Sequence record: MZ501051
From: Escherichia phage AugustePiccard
DNA length: 50,126 bases
Reading direction: 5' to 3' (one strand)
In this document: piece after piece, positions 45,946 through 50,126 of the stretch
Layout of the letters: each line of letters starts with the position of its first letter
How positions within the stretch are numbered: the stretch's first letter is position 1
Position numbers and translations under genes: made by a program
Notes under the pieces: generated by a model
Told to the model about the DNA's origin: nothing
The model's database searches: none
What the model saw: the letters and a program-made list of their open reading frames with translations, nothing else

Positions 45946-46469
45946 TGTTTGACTTTAACGAGGATAAACTGACAGAAGAGCAGGTAATTGAGATAGCCAA
46001 GCAAGATGGGCTGCCGCCGCTGCGAATTGCAATCAATGCTAACGGGTATCGACAGTCAACGGCGTTTTGGGGCTCGATTGATACCTCAGGGGTGTATAGT
46101 GGTGATGAGCTTGGTGTAATGATTAAAATCATCAGGAAAATGGGAGTTAACGGCAAAGGAGTTGTTGGCGTCAGGTCTCTATATGAAGGTGCTCGCAAGC
46201 TGAAACCATTTGCGGGGCGCGATGGGATGATGCTACTGATTAAGGATAAGCTAATTCCAGAGCTCGACAAGATGAATATCACGTGCCTCATTGGCGATAA
46301 GATTTACGTCAACCCTGCCTTGACGGATTTAAGCTGGCATCCTAACTTCAAAACTTACGAAGGTGAGCACGCTAGTAGACTACCATACCACTTGCGGTAC
46401 ACTGAGGAAGAGGTGGAGAAGGCTATTGAGTTCTATCGGAAAGCTAAATCACTAATTATCGCCAAATAG
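45945..46469 (+). CDS. truncated paralogue of the 527-aa protein (N- and C-terminal modules only)
   Basis: N-terminus MFDFNEDKLTEEQV...LPPLRIAINANGYRQS and the segment NGKGVVGVRSLYEGARKLKPF...NITCLIGDKIYVNP align to the termini of ORF 41515..43098. Confidence 0.6.
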   Translation: MFDFNEDKLTEEQVIEIAKQDGLPPLRIAINANGYRQSTAFWGSIDTSGVYSGDELGVMIKIIRKMGVNGKGVVGVRSLYEGARKLKPFAGRDGMMLLIKDKLIPELDKMNITCLIGDKIYVNPALTDLSWHPNFKTYEGEHASRLPYHLRYTEEEVEKAIEFYRKAKSLIIAK

Positions 46470-46509
46470 CACGAATTGCTAAACAATGGATCGGGTAGTC
46501 AGCTATGAT
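46464..46509 (+). promoter_or_regulatory. box promoter
   Basis: AAATAGCACGAATTGCTAAA, 22 nt, TATGAT, leader TTCATCGACAACAAAGAGG. Confidence 0.6.
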
Positions 46510-46533
46510 TACTTCATCGACAACAAAGAGGAA

Positions 46534-46746
46534 ATGAAGATGAAAAACGTTATTATTGAAGATATTCACTTTGACCAAGCTGAGGTAGGAATCGCAAAAA
46601 GCGTTCGCGGAAACGTTGTATATCTGAACTTCGATCCAGATAACTACGGGGACGGCCAGACACTGATGCAGTACAGTCCTGAGCAAGCACGCAAACTGGC
46701 GGCGGCGTTAATCATGGCAGCGGACGAGGCGGAGAAGCAGCGATAG
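46534..46746 (+). CDS. hypothetical small protein
   Basis: ATG after box promoter and leader (CATCGACAACAAAGAGGAA). Confidence 0.45.
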   Translation: MKMKNVIIEDIHFDQAEVGIAKSVRGNVVYLNFDPDNYGDGQTLMQYSPEQARKLAAALIMAADEAEKQR

Positions 46747-46786
46747 CACGAATTGTTAAAAAGGGATTCATCCTGACTGGTATAAT
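46743..46786 (+). promoter_or_regulatory. box promoter upstream of the long kinase leader
   Basis: ATAGCACGAATTGTTAAA, 22 nt, TATAAT. Confidence 0.6.
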
Positions 46787-47001
46787 CCCCACATCAACAA
46801 CGAGACACTACTTATCAGGTATGTGACTATGGCGATAAAGTCCATGCCGGACTAGGTTCGCACGGCGTCGATAATAAGTGACAATATACGAACATAAATT
46901 CAGCAGCAGGGGTATTGATATGCTCCTGCACTATTTAGACGAAAAATACGCAAATCTCATGCTTAAGACGCATGGTGGCAAAATAACGAGGATTAACATA
47001 A

Positions 47002-47616
47002 ATGGCTAAAATCATCATTCTTAATGGACCAGCTGGAGTGGGCAAAGACACTATCGGAAACGCGTTACACTATGATTACCGATGTATACAAACAAGCTTT
47101 AAGCGTCCAATGTTTGAAATTGCCGAGTCAATCCTGGGGGCCGGGGCGTTCAGTAAGTTCATCACGGCTTATGATGACCGAGATCAGAAAGAGATGCCTC
47201 AGAGCTTCCTTGGTGGCAAGACGTGCCGCGAGTTCATGATCTGGATTAGCGAGTCGGTAGTCAAGCCGCTATTTGGCAATCAGCAGTTCGGTAAGCTAAT
47301 GAGCGAACATATCAAGCTGTGTGACGAAGGATTAACGTTCGTTTGCACTGATGGCGGTTTCGCTGATGAAGTTATCCAGCTTGTTGAAGATGGTCACGAT
47401 GTTACGCTGGTGCGACTTTTTATGGAAGGCAAGACCTTCGCAGGCGATAGCCGTAATTACATCCGAATCAAGGAATCGCACTTCCCTGATTATAAAAAGT
47501 ATCAGGAGCATAGCGTTCGCCTGGTTAATGGTGACATTGGTGGCGGCGTATTGGCGGTGGCTGAGGCTTGCGGACTAACCTCAGATTACGAATGGGTAGA
47601 CGATATTCCCTGGTAA
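47002..47616 (+). CDS. P-loop nucleotide kinase (dNMP-kinase-like)
   Basis: N-terminal P-loop IIILNGPAGVGKDT, as in phage dNMP kinases; about 200 aa. Confidence 0.5.
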   Translation: MAKIIILNGPAGVGKDTIGNALHYDYRCIQTSFKRPMFEIAESILGAGAFSKFITAYDDRDQKEMPQSFLGGKTCREFMIWISESVVKPLFGNQQFGKLMSEHIKLCDEGLTFVCTDGGFADEVIQLVEDGHDVTLVRLFMEGKTFAGDSRNYIRIKESHFPDYKKYQEHSVRLVNGDIGGGVLAVAEACGLTSDYEWVDDIPW

Positions 47617-47660
47617 ATAGCACGAATTGCTAAACCCGCTCCGGCGGGTTTTGTTATAGT
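47615..47660 (+). promoter_or_regulatory. box promoter with terminator-like hairpin in the spacer
   Basis: AAATAGCACGAATTGCTAAA, spacer CCCGCTCCGGCGGGTTTTG, TATAGT. Confidence 0.6.
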
Positions 47661-47689
47661 TAGTTCACACCAAACGAGAGGTAAGAGAA

Positions 47690-47908
47690 ATGATTACGAT
47701 TAACCTGTCAGACAAGCAAGCCGCCGAACTCAAGTCCATGTTGTCAATATTTGAGAAGCCAAATGACCGAGCAATTGCAAAAGAGGTCATGACTCAAATC
47801 AATAATCAGCAGTTCGACGTAAGTGACTTCGAGTCATCACGGCAGTACGAGGCGCTTAGTGTTAATGCGGCATACCTGACCAACTGGGATAAGGCGACTA
47901 AGAAATGA
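47690..47908 (+). CDS. hypothetical protein
   Basis: 72 aa after box promoter and leader. Confidence 0.45.
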   Translation: MITINLSDKQAAELKSMLSIFEKPNDRAIAKEVMTQINNQQFDVSDFESSRQYEALSVNAAYLTNWDKATKK

Positions 47909-48042
47909 TTTACATCCACACGTACTACACTGGCAAGTTTAACAGTGTTAAGCACATTAGTGTTCACGATACGTACGATAGCGCAAAGGCTCAGTGGTTG
48001 GTTCTTGGCGGCGATATTAATTCATATAGAGTTGCTGAATAG
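47905..48042 (+). CDS. hypothetical small protein (45 aa)
   Basis: ATGA overlap with upstream stop; its stop TAG is part of the next box. Confidence 0.3.
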   Translation: MIYIHTYYTGKFNSVKHISVHDTYDSAKAQWLVLGGDINSYRVAE

Positions 48043-48082
48043 CACTAATTGATAAAACAGCATTGGGGTAATTTGCTATAGT
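48038..48082 (+). promoter_or_regulatory. box promoter (variant)
   Basis: ATAGCACTAATTGATAAA, 22 nt, TATAGT, leader CCCCATCGAAACGAGCGAGG. Confidence 0.55.
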
Positions 48083-48112
48083 TACCCCATCGAAACGAGC
48101 GAGGTCAAAGAG

Positions 48113-48292
48113 ATGAGATTCACCCAATCAGAGCCAAAGCTACAGGCCAACCACTTCGATGGCTACGCAACATTCATCATTGCCCAAGCCTGCGGAATGC
48201 GAGACGAGCCTCAGGTTCACACCATTCACTTGACCGAAGAGCAGGCTCGAGAGTTGTCTTACGAAATTCTAGAGCAATTGAATAGAATTTAA
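48113..48292 (+). CDS. hypothetical small protein (59 aa)
   Basis: Box promoter and leader (CATCGAAACGAGCGAGG) directly upstream. Confidence 0.4.
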   Translation: MRFTQSEPKLQANHFDGYATFIIAQACGMRDEPQVHTIHLTEEQARELSYEILEQLNRI

Positions 48293-48343
48293 CGCGTCTA
48301 AAACGCATTCTAACGAACAATAATTTAAGCGAGGTGATTCATC

Positions 48344-48469
48344 ATGGGAGCACAAGAAAGCCCCGTAGAGTGGTGCAAGCGAATGCAGGACGAAGCTAAA
48401 ACTGGCGAAGAGGCGATGGCCTACTACGAGCTGGCGCAAATGTGGATGCAACGGGAGAAGAAACAATGA
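48344..48469 (+). CDS. hypothetical small protein (41 aa)
   Basis: RBS GAGGTG; stop overlaps next ATG (ATGA). Confidence 0.3.
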   Translation: MGAQESPVEWCKRMQDEAKTGEEAMAYYELAQMWMQREKKQ

Positions 48470-48609
48470 GCTTCACTGAATATGTTATAGCATGTGAACG
48501 ACTGGTCTTTGATATGAAAACTTTCCACTGGTTCATAATTAAAGACTTAATAAAGCCTTACAAGCAGGGCGTTACCCCAGAGGCGTTTGTTAAGTCATTC
48601 TACAAATAG
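48466..48609 (+). CDS. hypothetical small protein (47 aa)
   Basis: Translationally coupled; its stop TAG is the TAG of the next box. Confidence 0.3.
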   Translation: MSFTEYVIACERLVFDMKTFHWFIIKDLIKPYKQGVTPEAFVKSFYK

Positions 48610-48649
48610 CACGAATTGCTAAACGAAGTCGCCACGGATGGCATATAAT
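48604..48649 (+). promoter_or_regulatory. box promoter
   Basis: AAATAGCACGAATTGCTAAA, 22 nt, TATAAT. Confidence 0.6.
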
Positions 48650-48681
48650 TACCCTATCAATACAAAGAGAGAGATTGAGAA

Positions 48682-48921
48682 ATGTTCGGACTAGAGGATT
48701 CATACTTCAACGCAGTAAAGCGACAGGCTGACAAGCTTAACGATGAGTACAGCAAGCTGACACCAAAGCAGCGAAAAGACAACCATGTTGTTGCCGCACT
48801 AATCACGCAAGTCTGGGGTCCTGTATCGACGCTAATTAGTCGAGATAAATTTACCTGGATAGCAGGGTACAGGCGCGGTCGTGTTGGTCATGACGAGAAT
48901 GGGAATAGCCTTTATGAGTGA
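48682..48921 (+). CDS. hypothetical protein
   Basis: 79 aa after box promoter and leader. Confidence 0.45.
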   Translation: MFGLEDSYFNAVKRQADKLNDEYSKLTPKQRKDNHVVAALITQVWGPVSTLISRDKFTWIAGYRRGRVGHDENGNSLYE

Positions 48922-48978
48922 GTTAACAATCTGGTTTATCTCAGGTCTGATTACTTGGGCTTACTTTATGGTGGCGGC

Positions 48979-49215
48979 ATGAGAACATTGAGACAGATTT
49001 TACACGGCTGCAAGAAGCATCATTACACCTACTTTCGTGATATTAAATGGTTCGAGGATGCTTGTTGTATAGATGGTTGCAAAACGAAGCTAGTATGCAA
49101 GAAATGCCATCATGTTGAGAATAGCAAGGTAGATATGATGATTTGCCGCAGCGCACTTGATTACATTGCGTATGAAAAGCTCAAGACGCTCAAAAAACTA
49201 ACAACTAAACCGTAA
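48979..49215 (+). CDS. Cys/His-rich zinc-finger-like small protein
   Basis: C..C...C / C..C.H pattern (CCIDGCKTKLVCKKCHH). Confidence 0.4.
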   Translation: MRTLRQILHGCKKHHYTYFRDIKWFEDACCIDGCKTKLVCKKCHHVENSKVDMMICRSALDYIAYEKLKTLKKLTTKP

Positions 49216-49229
49216 TTGTTAAAAAGAGC

Positions 49230-49258
49230 TTGCATCACTGACCGGAATTATCTAATAT
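49230..49258 (+). promoter_or_regulatory. sigma70-like promoter (TTGCAT-17-TAATAT) for the ncRNA/tRNA transcript
   Basis: -35 TTGCAT at 49230-49235, 17-nt spacer, -10 TAATAT at 49253-49258. Confidence 0.45.
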
Positions 49259-49264
49259 TAACCA

Positions 49265-49557
49265 CGTAGACAAAAGAGGCCACCGAGTGGCAACGGCGCG
49301 CGGAGCGCACTACACGGCAAGTCCGCTGCTCATTAAGTAGCGTATGCGGCGCATCTGGTCCATGAGGATAAGGCGTAAACCTCAATCAACTTCCCAGTAT
49401 GGGCTTTATTCCCTTAGGGACTTGTAAGACCTAGCGCAAATAGGCCGACATGGTCCAAGTCGAAAAAACTGACCAGACCTGAGCATGTCACTAAACGAGC
49501 TTTCTGTAAATCGGTCGTTTCAGGCGACCCCGGAGCCGTAACCGGGACTCATTCTAA
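49265..49557 (+). ncRNA. candidate structured non-coding leader RNA upstream of tRNA-Arg
   Basis: About 290 nt without a credible ORF, between a promoter and the tRNA; contains local hairpins (GGCCACCGAGTGGC, GGTCGTTTCAGGCGACC). Confidence 0.3.
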
Positions 49558-49635
49558 GCTCTGCTAGCTCAATTGGACAGCAGCAACGACCTTCTAAGTC
49601 GTAGGTTACTGGTTCGAATCCAGTGCGGAGCGCCA
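49558..49635 (+). tRNA. tRNA-Arg (anticodon TCT)
   Basis: Cloverleaf: acceptor GCTCTGC/GCGGAGC, anticodon stem ACGAC/GTCGT, loop CTTCTAA, T-arm ACTGG-TTCGAAT-CCAGT, encoded CCA; D-arm slightly irregular. Confidence 0.75.
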
Positions 49636-49662
49636 AATTAAACCAATGATCCTGGGGGATTT

Positions 49663-49845
49663 ATGAAAACTGTAACATTCATCGTAAAAGATTGCGGGAC
49701 TGGCACCGTTCAGAAGTTTAACGCGAAATTAACCTACAACAAAGGCGACAGCAAAGAAGTTAAAGGCTCTCTGGGCGGAGTAATGGTTGAGGCTCGACTC
49801 CCAATTATCTACCCTGATGACGAGCGCCGCAATGTGGGACGTTAA
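49663..49845 (+). CDS. hypothetical protein
   Basis: 60 aa downstream of the tRNA. Confidence 0.4.
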   Translation: MKTVTFIVKDCGTGTVQKFNAKLTYNKGDSKEVKGSLGGVMVEARLPIIYPDDERRNVGR

Positions 49846-50014
49846 ACTTTCAATTAGATTAATGGGGCGCAGTTGCAAGAATTGCACTCAAGATTATATC
49901 GCGTCAGTTGCCGCAATCAGCGCTGAGGATGCGGTAGCGAAAGTAAAAGAGTTGTCAGGCGCTGACCCTGATACTCACAAATTCCTGGTAGCTTACGTTC
50001 GTGAGCGAAAGTAA
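49832..50014 (+). CDS. hypothetical protein
   Basis: ATG 49832 overlapping upstream stop; track ORF starts earlier at a non-ATG codon. Confidence 0.35.
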   Translation: MWDVKLSIRLMGRSCKNCTQDYIASVAAISAEDAVAKVKELSGADPDTHKFLVAYVRERK

Positions 50015-50048
50015 AAAGTGTTATACCCTCGTTAAGTTTCGTTTCTCT

Positions 50049-50074
50049 CGTTGTTTTTAGCCCTCGCTTGAGGG
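50049..50074 (+). terminator. rho-independent terminator
   Basis: AGCCCTC-GCTT-GAGGGCT plus T7. Confidence 0.75.
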
Positions 50075-50084
50075 CTTTTTTTCG

Positions 50085-50093
50085 TCTGTAATA
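50085..50093 (+). promoter_or_regulatory. extended -10 promoter (TGgTATAAT) feeding the terminase genes
   Basis: TG-n-TATAAT after a terminator, followed by RBS AAGGAGG and the window end. Confidence 0.35.
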
Positions 50094-50126
50094 TGGTATA
50101 ATCTTGCTTCAACAAAGGAGGATAAC

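Noticed and set aside
2173-48651. Possible CRISPR array, suggested by the many copies of the repeat ATAGCACGAATTGCTAAA
   Set aside because: Copies are kilobases apart, occur on both strands and are each followed by a -10 element, leader and gene; there is no regular repeat-spacer periodicity.
49265-49557. A second tRNA gene upstream of tRNA-Arg
   Set aside because: No convincing cloverleaf with a T-loop (GTTCRA) and paired acceptor stem could be folded by eye; kept only as a candidate ncRNA pending tRNAscan-SE.

Overview
The window reads as a complete or near-complete genome (50,126 bp) of a virulent, T1-like (Drexlerviridae-like) siphovirus of an enterobacterial host; the family assignment is an inference from gene order and protein motifs, not a database hit. 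Positions 1-23,156 (+) hold the packaging, head and tail modules: small and large terminase, portal, protease/scaffold, capsid, tape measure and lambda-like M/L/K/I/J tail-tip genes. The rest is arranged in alternating strand blocks carrying recombination (PD-(D/E)XK exonuclease, Erf, SSB), replication (primase, SF2 helicase, VRR-NUC), a lysis cassette (holin, SAR endolysin, unimolecular spanin), three HNH-AP2 homing endonucleases, a compact C5-methyltransferase-like gene, a dNMP-kinase-like gene, a tRNA-Arg(TCT) and many small ORFs. No integrase, repressor module, CRISPR array or reverse transcriptase was seen. The most striking signal is a repeated regulatory unit found about 20 times: a palindromic box (TAGCA-N5-TGCTA), a fixed 22-nt spacer, a -10 hexamer and a conserved leader (CATCGAAACGAGAGGAG) before the start codon. 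The box often supplies or abuts the stop codon of the upstream gene. Other notable features are two paralogous non-coding modules with microsatellites in the two divergent intergenic regions, a 527-aa protein with a 175-aa paralogue that lacks the central domain, and an SGNH esterase and a collagen-like protein inside the head module. All coordinates were counted by hand and functional calls rest on motifs I could read directly; no searches were run.
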